Assembly: GCA_963778415.1 (NCBI GenBank)
Contig: CAVZUI010000002.1
Span: 585,663 to 649,662 of the forward strand
DNA from: an uncultured Acidimicrobiales bacterium
Lineage (GTDB): Bacteria; Actinomycetota; Acidimicrobiia; Acidimicrobiales; VFJN01
Direction: 5' to 3'
DNA: 64,000 bases
The notes below the pieces were generated by a model. The model searched no databases. It had not been told where the DNA came from and saw nothing but the letters and a program-made list of their open reading frames with translations. The position numbers and the translations under genes were made by a program. Position 1 is the first letter of the stretch. The number at the start of each line of letters is the position of its first letter. This document shows positions 55,872-64,000 of the stretch, piece by piece.

Positions 55872-55929
55872 GCTGGCTCAGGTCGCAACTCTCCCCACCG
55901 CGATCTCCGAACGACCTGGAGGAATCCCC

Positions 55930-58867
55930 ATGGCACTCGCACCCGAGCAGGCCGGCATCGGCATCCGCCGCCACTTCACCACCGACGGCGTCCACCCCTA
56001 CGACGAGGTCGACGTGGGAGCGGCGCGACGCCCGGATCACCAACTTCCGGGACGGGTCGGTCGCCTTCGAGCAGCTCGGCGTCGAGTTCCCCACCACCTG
56101 GTCGCTGAACGCCACCAACATCGTCGCCCAGAAGTACTTCCGCGGCACCCTCGGCACCCCCGAGCGCGAGTCGTCGCTGCGCCAGGTCATCGACCGGGTC
56201 GCCGACACGATCACCCAGTGGGGCGTCGAGGGCGGCTACTTCGTCGACGACGACGAGGCCGAGACCTTCAACGCCGAGCTCAAGCACCTCCTCGTCACCC
56301 AGAAGGCCGCCTTCAACTCGCCGGTGTGGTTCAACATCGGCGTCCCGGGCGTGCCCGCAGCAGGCGCTCGGCCTGCTTCATCCTGTCGCGTCGACGACAA
56401 GATGGACTCGATCCTCAACTGGTACGTCGAGGAGGGCACGATCTTCAAGGGCGGCTCCGGCTCGGGCATCAACCTGTCCCGCATCCGCTCGTCGGTCGAG
56501 CTGCTCAAGGGCGGCGGCACCGCCTCGGGCCCGGTCAGCTTCATGCGGGGCGCCGACGCGTCGGCCGGCACCATCAAGTCGGGCGGCAAGACCCGCCGCG
56601 CCGCCAAGATGGTCATCCTCAACGTCGACCACCCCGACGTCGAGGAGTTCATCTGGGTGCAAGGCCCGCGAGGAGAAGAAGATCCGCGTCCTCGAGGAGG
56701 CCGGCTTCGACATGAGCCTCGACGGCACGGACATGGCGCTCGGTCCAGTACCAGAACGCCAACAACTCGGTGCGGGTCACCGACGAGTTCATGCAGGCCG
56801 TCGTCGACGACGCCGACTGGCACCTGCGCGGCCGTCACCACCGGCGAGGTCGTGCAGACCGTGCAAGGCCCGCGACCTGATGCGCCAGATCTCGCCAGGC
56901 GGCCTGGGAGTGCGCCGACCCCGGCATGCAGTTCGACACCACGATCAACCACTGGCACACCGCCGCCAACACCGGCCGCATCAACGGCTCGAACCCGTGC
57001 AGCGAGTACATGCACCTCGACAACTCGGCGTGCAACCTGGCCAGCCTCAACCTGCTGAAGTTCCTCGACCTCCGACGACGGGCGCCGGCACCACCGACAC
57101 CTTCGACGTCGAGGGCTTCAAGCACGCCGTCGAGGTCATCTTCACCGGCCAGGAGATCCTCGTCGGCCGGGCCGACTACCCGACCGAGGCGATCGGCGAC
57201 ACCTCCCGGCGCGTTCCGCCAGCTCGGCATCGGCTACGCCAACCTCGGCGCCCTGCTGATGGCGCTCGGCCTGCCCTACGACACCGACGAGGGCCGGGCC
57301 TACGCCGCGGCCATCACCGTCGCTGATGACCGGCCACTCCTACGCCACGCTCGGCCCGCACCGCCGCCCGCATGGGCCCCTTCGCCGGCTACGCCGAGAA
57401 CCGCGAGCACATGCTCCGCGTCCTGCGCCAGCACCAGGAGGCGGCCGCCGCAGATCGACGAGGAGCTCGTGCCCGCCGAGCTGCTCGCGCGCCGCCCAGC
57501 AGTGCGTGGGACGAGGCCGTGCGAGCTCGGCGAGCCGCTACGGCGTGCGCAACTCGCAGGCGTCCGTGCTCGCCCCCACCGGCACGATCGGCCTGATGAT
57601 GGACTGCGACACCACCGGCATCGAGCCCGACCTCGGCCTCGTGCAAGATGAAGAAGCTGGTCGGCGGCGGCACGATGTCGATCGTCAACCAGACGGTGCC
57701 GCGGGCGCTGCGCCGCCTCGGCTACACGCCGGAGCAGATCGACGAGATCGTCGCCTACATCGACGAGCACAAGTCGATCCTCGGCGCCCCGCACCTGGCC
57801 GCCGAGCACCTGCCCGTGTTCGCCTGCTCGATGGGCGACAACACCATCCACTACTCGGGCCACGTGCGGATGATGGCGGCGGTCCAGCCGTTCATCTCCG
57901 GCGCCATCTCCAAGACGGTGAACATGCCCGAGGAGGCCACGGTCGAGGAGGTCGAGCAGCTCCACATCGACGCCTGGAAGCTCGGCGTGAAGGCCATCGC
58001 CATCTACCGCGACAACTGCAAGGTCGCCCAGCCGCTCTCGACGGCCAAGAAGGAGGCGGTGAAGGACGAGCTCGCCGAGGGCCTGATCGCCGCCGGCGCC
58101 GAGCCGCAGGTGGTCGAGAAGATCGTCGAGCGGGTCGTCGAGAAGGTCATCAAGGTGCCGACCCGCGAGAAGCTGCCCGCGCAACCGCACCTCGCGCACC
58201 TTCGAGTTCCGGGTGGCCGACTGCAAGGGCTTCGTCACCGTCGGCGAGTACGAGGACGGCCGCCCCGGCGAGATCTTCCTGCGGATCTCGAAGCAGGGCT
58301 CGACCCTCGCCGGCATCATGGACGCCTTCGCCATCTCGGTGAGCTACGGCCTCCAGTACGGCGTGCCGCTGCGGGTCTACGTCGAGACGTTCACCAACAC
58401 CCGCTTCGAGCCGGCCGGCATGACCGACGACCCCGACCTGCGGATCGCCACGCTCCCTCCTCGACTACATCTTCCGCCGCCTGGCGGTCGACTACCTGTC
58501 GCTCGAGGAGCGGCCGGAGCTCGACATCCTCACCACCGGCGAGCGCACCCAGCCGACGCTGCCCGGCGTCGAGGAGACGGTCACCGAGACCCGCCAGGGC
58601 ACCGACGATGCCGGCCGACCCGCCGAGCCTCGATCGCCAGTCAGCCCACGCTGCTCGACGACCTCAGCGACGCCCCGAAGGAGCCTCAGCCTCCTCGAGC
58701 GGGCCGGCGTCACCGACGCCGGCGCCGGCCAAGCCGATCGCCGGCCATCCCGCCCGAAGGCCAGCCACAGCGACGCCCCGTACTGCATGCAGTGCGGCGT
58801 CCAGATGCAGCGCGCCGGCTCCTGCCACGCCTGCCCCAGCTGCGGCAGCACCAGCGGCTGCAGCTGA
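55930..58867 (+). pseudogene. nrdJ: Adenosylcobalamin-dependent (class II) ribonucleotide reductase, roughly 20 frameshifts
   Basis: Conserved blocks are spread over all three frames. They include SLNATNIVAQKYFRG; AAFNSPVWFNIG; SACFILS; IFKGGSGSGINLSRIR; GTASGPVSFM; TRRAAKMVILNVDHPD; GSNPCSEYMHLDNSACNLASLNL; FRQLGIGYANLG; [19 protein letters not shown]; ISKTVNMP; and [28 protein letters not shown]. The C-terminal zinc finger is CMQCG..CHACPSCG. Confidence 0.9.
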
Positions 58868-58877
58868 TCCACCCAGT

Positions 58878-59366
58878 TCACGTCATCTCGCCGGGCAGCC
58901 TGCTGGCCTGCTCGATCCAGGAGACGAGTCGGTCTTCGTCGATGTCGTCGGCCTCGTGGATGTCGAAGTAGCGCACCTCGTCGTGCTTCGAGGCCTTGGG
59001 CGGGGCCGGATCGAGTGATGTCCCTCGGAAGAACGTCAGCTGGACGTACTGGGTGTAGCAGCGGAACGCGAGGAACCAGCCTTCTCCCTCGAAGCCGTAG
59101 AACGGTTGGTTCCACTTCACGGCCTTGTGCACGTGCGGGACCGTGCGAACGATGAGGTCGTCGAGCCGCTGGCCGATGCCTCGTTTCCACCCGGGCATGG
59201 CGGCGATGTAGTCCTGAACGGGGCCGTCACCTTCCCCTTTGGGGATCTGCGGGTTGCCGCCCGACAACAGCCTGGGTCCCGTGCCGGACTTCGCACGAGG
59301 GGTCCGGGACCTCTTGTTGGTCGAGTTCGTGCGGTCGCTCATCGGCACTCCATCGTCGGCTGGCAC
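58878..59366 (-). CDS. DUF1801 (YdhG-like) domain protein
   Basis: DYIAAMPGWKRGIGQRLDDLIVRTVPHVHKAVKWNQPFYGFEGEGWFLAFRCYTQYVQLTFFRG. The start may be the second Met at 59342. Confidence 0.7.
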   Translation of the reverse strand: MPADDGVPMSDRTNSTNKRSRTPRAKSGTGPRLLSGGNPQIPKGEGDGPVQDYIAAMPGWKRGIGQRLDDLIVRTVPHVHKAVKWNQPFYGFEGEGWFLAFRCYTQYVQLTFFRGTSLDPAPPKASKHDEVRYFDIHEADDIDEDRLVSWIEQASRLPGEMT

Positions 59367-59400
59367 CCCGCGGTGGGGTTGTGGGACGAGGTTCTCGTCA

Positions 59401-59799
59401 TCACGGCAGGCTGAGCTGCCAGGTCACGCCATGGCGATCACCGACCCAGCCGAAACGGGTGCTGAACCCGTAGTTGTCGAGAGGCATGAACACCTGGCCG
59501 CCATCGCTGAGTCGATCGAAGAGTCGCTGAAGTTCCTCGTTGTCGTCGCAGTCGATCCAGAGTGACACCGCAGGGGTGAAGCCCCATTGGTGACGGACGG
59601 GGCTGTCGGAACAGCTGAAGTCGCTGCCGGCGAGACGGAACATCGCGACCTTGACGGTGCCCTCGGGTCCGCCGTCCCCCGGGCCGTAGTGGTCGATCTC
59701 GACGAGTTCGAAGTCGTCGAAGACGTCGCGGTAGAGATCGAGTGCCGCAGTGGCGGCGCCATCCTGGAACGTCAGGAAGGTTCGAAGACCCTGGGTCAT
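59401..59799 (-). CDS. PhnB-like VOC superfamily protein (3-demethylubiquinone methyltransferase-like domain)
   Basis: MTQGLRTFLTF..VKVAMFRLAGSDFSCSDSP..FTPAVSLWIDC..FGWVGDRHGVTWQL. Confidence 0.7.
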   Translation of the reverse strand: MTQGLRTFLTFQDGAATAALDLYRDVFDDFELVEIDHYGPGDGGPEGTVKVAMFRLAGSDFSCSDSPVRHQWGFTPAVSLWIDCDDNEELQRLFDRLSDGGQVFMPLDNYGFSTRFGWVGDRHGVTWQLSLP

Positions 59800-59997
59800 G
59801 GGATCGACCCTAACGACGTGTCGTCGCATCTGTCCGGCCCCCGGTGGTGGCGGTCGGACGTCAATCGGAACTCCGCCGACATGACGTCGTTCGACGTGGG
59901 TGTGCGGGGGGTTTGGTGGCGGTTCACCGGGACGTTCCGTCCTCGCAAGGCACCCTTCCTAGATTCCAGGCCATCGTCCGCCGCCCAGGGAGGCATC

Positions 59998-61354
59998 GTG
60001 ACCGAATCCAGGACCTCGTTGAATCGCAGGTCGTTCCTGCAGACCGCGATCGGCGCCGGCGCGGGTGTCGCGCTCGCCGGCCCGTTCGGCGCCCTCGGCG
60101 CCCGTGCGGCCGGCGCCGCGCCGAGCAAGCCGTCGGGGCTCGGTTACGGGCCGCTCGCTCCCGTGCGGGACCAAACGACCGGGCTCGAGCTGCTCAACCT
60201 GCCGAGGGGCTTCGAGTACATGAGCTTCGGCTGGCGCAACGATGTCATGTCCGACGGCACGCCGACGCCCAGCGCCCACGACGGCATGGCCGCCTTCCGC
60301 GACGGCGACCTCGTCCGCGTGGTCCGTAACCACGAGCGCGGCAACGGCACGCCGTTCGCCCCGTCGTCCGCCACCTACGACCCGCTGGCCAGCGGCGGCA
60401 CCACCACGCTCGTGTTCGATCCCGACGCGGGCGCGCTGGTCGAGGACTACTCCAGTCTCAGCGGCACGATCCGCAACTGCGCAGGCGGGCCCAACCCGGC
60501 GGGCTGGCTCACCTGCGAGGAGACGACCGACATCAACGGCACGACCCGCCACGGGTACGTCTTCGTCGTCCCTGCCAACGGTCTGTCCGACGCGGCGCCG
60601 ATCGTCGGCATGGGGCGGTTCTCGCACGAGGCCACGGCCACCGACCCGACCACCGGGATCGTCTACGAGACCGAGGACACCGGCAGCTCGGCGCTCTACC
60701 GGTACGTGCCCACCGATCCGGCCGACCTGGCCGCCGGCGGCGTGCTCGAGGCCATGGCGCTCGAGGGCACCGTCGACACGCGGCTGTGGGGCACTGGCGA
60801 CGAGCGCGGCGGCCGAGTGGGTGGTCGTCGACTCGCCCGACTGGGGACCCGGGCGAGCCGACCCCGTGGCAACAGGCCCAGGCCAAGGGCGCGGCGCGCA
60901 TCGTCCGCGGCGAGGGCGCCTGGTACGGCAACGGTGTCATCTACATCATCTCCACCAGCGGCGGGGTCGGCCGGGCAGGGCCAGGTGTTCGCCTACGACC
61001 CCATCGCCGCCACGTTCACGTGCGTCTTCGCCTCACCGTCGTCGGACGTGCTCAACGCTCCCGACAACGTGTGCGTCAGCCCGCGCGGTGGCCTGGTCCT
61101 GTGCGAGGACGGCAGCGGCCGGGAGTTCATGCACGGCCTCACGCCCGATGGCGACGATCTTCCCGTTCGCCGAGAACAACGTCGTGCTGCCTCCCGAGTA
61201 CCAGGACCTCAAGGGCTATGCGGGCGACTTCACCGGTTCGGAGTGGGCGGGTGCCACGTTCGAGCCGCGGAACGGCAACTGGTTGTTCGCCAACCTCCAG
61301 AGCCCGGGCATCACGTTCGCCATCACGGGTCCCTGGCGGCAAGGCGCCCTCTGA
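59998..61354 (+). pseudogene. PhoX/DUF839 family secreted phosphatase-like protein, four frameshifts (~60805, ~60850, ~60965, ~61150)
   Basis: GGGAGG RBS and GTG start. Tat signal SLNRRSFLQTAIGAGAG. Blocks include PRGFEYMSFGW, NCAGGPNPAGWLTCEE, GMGRFSHEA and GAWYGNGVIYIISTSGG. Further blocks are APDNVCVSPRGGLVLCEDG and EWAGATFEPRNGNWLFANLQSPGITFAITGPW. Together they span four frame segments. Confidence 0.75.
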
Positions 61355-61419
61355 GGGGGCGAGCCCTGACGGGCGCGGCGCGGCGGCGGCCGTCCACCAC
61401 TGAGGGCGAGTGTCGGGGA

Positions 61420-61748
61420 TCAGGGCTGCACGACGACCCAGCCGCGCCGCTGCAGCTCGGCAGCCAGCAGCTCGGCCGGCATGTGGCGCAGCGCCTGCTC
61501 GGCGGCCGACTGCCGGGGGTTCGAGGGCGGGGGTGCGGCGGGCTCGCCCGACGCCTCGGCCTCCTCCAGCTGGGCGATGAACGCCGCTGCCTCGTCGCGG
61601 TGAACTTGCCCGCCGCCTGGCGCTGGGTGAACGCCATCGGCCCTCGGGCGTCGCGAAAGTCGGTGTGTCCGGCGTCCTGGAGCAACTTGAGCAACTTCTC
61701 CACCTCGCGCCGCGACGCCGGCGGCCCTGCCTGCTGTCCGAATGCCAT
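61420..61748 (-). pseudogene. Small hypothetical protein, one frameshift (~61598)
   Basis: MAFGQQAGPPASRREVEKLLKLLQDAGHTDFRDARGPMAFTQRQAAGKFT joins RDEAAAFIAQLEEAEASGE...ELQRRGWVVVQP if one C is restored in ACC(C)GCG. Confidence 0.45.
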
Positions 61749-61799
61749 GCCACCAGTGTCCCCGCCCGGCCACGCAGTCCCGGGGATGGGCCCGCGACA

Positions 61800-62386
61800 T
61801 CAGGTCGCCTCGAGCGCAGCTCCACCGCACCGACCGGTCAGATCCAGCAGCCGCTCCAGCGGGCTGGCCCCGACCCCGACACGTCCGCAGGGTTCGATGC
61901 CGAAGCCCATACCGGGCGGCTCGCGTTCGATCACGTCGAGCACGTCGTCGACCAGCTCGTCGTCGAGGCCGGCGTCCCGACCGAGCGCTGCCGCGAGATC
62001 CCACGTGTGGACGGTGACGTCGAAGACGCGCATGCCGAGGAAGCGCACTCCGGGCATGTCGCCGAGGGGATGGCTGACGATCCCCCGAGTGCGCCGTCTG
62101 CACGGAACCGAGTGCGCTGGTCCTCGACGCTGTCGTCGTAGTCGCCGAGCGGGTCGGTTCCGAGCTGGGCCGAGCCCATCACGGCCTCCATCGCCTCGGC
62201 GGCCGTGTGGCCACCCAGGATCATCGAGGCGAACCGGTTGCCACCCACGACGTGAGCCACGAGGTAGCGCACGTCCCACTCCGTGCAGGGCGTCGCCCGG
62301 GCCCAGTCCCCGGCGGAGACCGCGACGAGGTGTCCCCGGAACGTCGCCGCCGTTCGGTCGAGGGCACGGAGGAGCTGGTCGCTCAT
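61800..62386 (-). pseudogene. DinB/mycothiol-maleylpyruvate-isomerase N-terminal domain protein (TIGR03086-like), one frameshift (~62085-62095)
   Basis: MSDQLLRALDRTAATFRGHLVAVSAGDWARATPCTEWDVRYLVAHVVGGN in one frame. HPLGDMPGVRFLGMRVFDVTVHTWDLAAALG in the next. Confidence 0.7.
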
Positions 62387-62513
62387 CCGGCGAGTCTCGC
62401 AGTCCGGGCCGTCCAGTCCTGCGTGTCCGGCCCTGTCGTCTGGGCCACGACCACGGCCACGCCTCAGCGCGTGCTGACCACGTGGCCGCGGCCGGGTTCT
62501 CGACCGAGGCGGT

Positions 62514-63161
62514 TCAGGCAACCGCACGGGTGAACGTCATGTGCGTGACTCCGCTGGGCGAGGAGGTGGCCTCGACCTCGTAGTCCTTCTCGAGGCCCTC
62601 CAGCCCGTCCAAGAGGAGCACGCCTCGGCCGAGCAGGATCGGGACCACCGCGATGTGCATGTGGTCGACGAGCCCGGCCGCGAGGAAGTCCCGGATCATG
62701 GTGGGACCCCCGCCGAGGCGTACGTCCTGGCCGCCGGCAGCCTCACGGGCCGTCTCGGTCGCCTCGGCCGGCGACGCGTCGATGAAGTGGAACGTCGTGC
62801 CGCCCTCCATCTCGATCGACGGACGCGGGTGATGGGTGAGGATGAAGGTCGGTGTGTGGAACGGCGGGTTGGGACCCCACCAGCCCTTCCATTCCGGGTC
62901 GTCGTGCCATCCGGGCGGGCCGAACTTGCCGGCACCCATGATCTCGGCGCCGATGCCCGCAGCGAACAGCCGCAAGAAGGCGTCATCGACGCCGCCGCTA
63001 CCGCCGGGCTGGCCGTCCCTCTCGTGCCACCAGCGGGTGGCGAACATCCACTCGTGCAGCCTTTCGCCGGCATGACCGAACGGTGCGTCGTGGCTCTGAC
63101 CGTCGCCGGTGGCAAAGCCGTCGAGCGAGACGGAGATCTGTTGGACGCGGACGAGTGACAT
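62514..63161 (-). CDS. Dihydrofolate reductase family protein (RibD C-terminal domain)
   Basis: MSLVRVQQISVSLDGFATG..GGGPTMIRDFLAAGLVDHMHIAVVPILLGRG. Confidence 0.8.
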   Translation of the reverse strand: MSLVRVQQISVSLDGFATGDGQSHDAPFGHAGERLHEWMFATRWWHERDGQPGGSGGVDDAFLRLFAAGIGAEIMGAGKFGPPGWHDDPEWKGWWGPNPPFHTPTFILTHHPRPSIEMEGGTTFHFIDASPAEATETAREAAGGQDVRLGGGPTMIRDFLAAGLVDHMHIAVVPILLGRGVLLLDGLEGLEKDYEVEATSSPSGVTHMTFTRAVA

Positions 63162-63258
63162 GGCTGGTGCTCCTTCGGTAGTCGGGTCATCGCCGACCCA
63201 GGATCTGCACCCCTGAGTCGAAGCCGCCAACGCGTTCTCGACACGCCAACGCCTGGTG

Positions 63259-63735
63259 TCACGCCGTCCCGGTGGCGAGCTCGAAGACGACCACGGGCGT
63301 TTCGGTCGACCGCCGAACCGCATACGCGTCGAGCTTCGGGTCGACCGCCACCCAGCGTTGCCACAGCCGGTCACGCTCCTCGCCGGTCGCGGCGCGGGCG
63401 TGCGCCCGGCGCGGTTGCTGGTGCGCCAATCGAACGACGGCGTCGTGGTGCGCCTCGAGGTTGAGCCACCAGGCGGGATGGCCCTCGTCCCAGCCGTTCA
63501 TCGCGAGCGCGACGAGGTCAGGACCGTCTTCGATGTAGCCGACGATGACGCTGCGCTCCTGCCCGGACCTCCGCCCGGTGGTCGTGAGGAGGAGCGCACC
63601 CCAGCCGCGCTTGTTCGAGGTGGTCCACAGGAACCGGCCGCCACTGAGCCGGTACAGCGCGCGGTGAGCGCGCCAGGCCGTGTGCACGAACCACGGCGGC
63701 GGGACCCTCGGCGGTCGATCCGCCGCCTCGCTCAT
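63259..63735 (-). CDS. Deazaflavin (F420)-dependent nitroreductase family protein (Ddn-like)
   Basis: LLLTTTGRRSGQERSVIVGY..LVALAMNGWDEGHPAWWLNLEAHHDAVV. ATGA overlap with the upstream gene. Confidence 0.8.
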   Translation of the reverse strand: MSEAADRPPRVPPPWFVHTAWRAHRALYRLSGGRFLWTTSNKRGWGALLLTTTGRRSGQERSVIVGYIEDGPDLVALAMNGWDEGHPAWWLNLEAHHDAVVRLAHQQPRRAHARAATGEERDRLWQRWVAVDPKLDAYAVRRSTETPVVVFELATGTA

Positions 63736-64000
63736 GGCGTGTCCGACCGGGTCGACTCTGCCTCGCGCTTCAGGTTGGCCAGCGTCTCGGGCATCCCGCT
63801 CTCCGCCATCGCCTTCATGAAGTCGAGGCGCTGCTCGAGCGTCATCCCCGGGTTCTCCTCAGCGCCGAAGCCGTCGGCATAGGCGGGAAGCACGTCCCAG
63901 CTCTGCGTGACGTCGGTGCCGCCGCCAGGCGACGGCTCCAGGACGAAGCCCCACCGCACCATCGCGAAGCGGCCGTCGCGCCCGTGGTTCACGAAGGCGA
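63732..64000 (-). CDS. SRPBCC-like protein, partial (5' end beyond the window)
   Basis: The frame is open to the window edge. The C-terminal part is WGFVLEPSPGGGTDVTQSWDV..MKAMAESGMPETLANLKREAE. The family call is weak. Confidence 0.45.
   Translation of the reverse strand, partial: AFVNHGRDGRFAMVRWGFVLEPSPGGGTDVTQSWDVLPAYADGFGAEENPGMTLEQRLDFMKAMAESGMPETLANLKREAESTRSDTP

Noticed and set aside
55323-55929. Cobalamin riboswitch upstream of the B12-dependent nrdJ
   Set aside because: I could not find a B12-box-like element or the conserved GGGAA..GCCACTG core. Riboswitch control is known for B12-independent RNR genes rather than nrdJ, and the predicted promoter lies downstream of most of this region.
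59587-62583. 998-aa plus-strand ORF
   Set aside because: Only the segment from 59998 to about 60800 is real (the N-terminal part of the PhoX-like gene). Downstream it is out of frame and then antisense to three minus-strand genes.

Overview
Very GC-rich (by eye about 70%) actinobacterial chromosome segment with about 60 protein genes. I saw no rRNA, tRNA, CRISPR array or transposase. All calls come from reading the ORF track and sequence; no searches were run.

The backbone follows the conserved actinobacterial gene order I know from Mycobacterium tuberculosis Rv2753c-Rv2718c: dapA-rnj, mutM, ftsK, rimO-pgsA-cinA, thpR, recA, miaB, miaA-dapF-hflX, dapC, dapD, dapE, then lexA divergent from a LysM gene, then nrdR and nrdJ. 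ppc lies at the left end.

Blocks that look accessory:
- a cobalt-type nitrile hydratase operon preceded by an AurF-like diiron protein and two tandem TetR genes
- a DUF222/HNH endonuclease
- a histidine kinase/NarL-type regulator pair with a MacB-type ABC exporter
- an ECF sigma factor
- a fused LivH-LivM-LivF-LivG ABC transporter with a large binding protein
- an alpha/beta-hydrolase-TetR operon
- a trHbN-globin/FNR-DivIVA operon
- a slightly lower-GC tail (58.9-64 kb) of small stress/xenobiotic-type genes

Regulatory signals read directly:
- GAAC-N4-GTTC LexA boxes at recA and lexA
- an exact 15-mer AAAGTGTCACACCCC at three promoters, with RecA-NDp-like geometry
- a promoter plus NrdR-type boxes before nrdJ
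- a 14-bp-phased palindrome array before the hydrolase-TetR operon

The dominant oddity is roughly 65 reading-frame breaks in otherwise well-conserved genes. They are strongly clustered in dapF-hflX-dapC, nrdJ and a PhoX-like gene. Assembly indel error is the most likely cause, but this needs checking. Frameshift positions and counts are approximate hand reconstructions.
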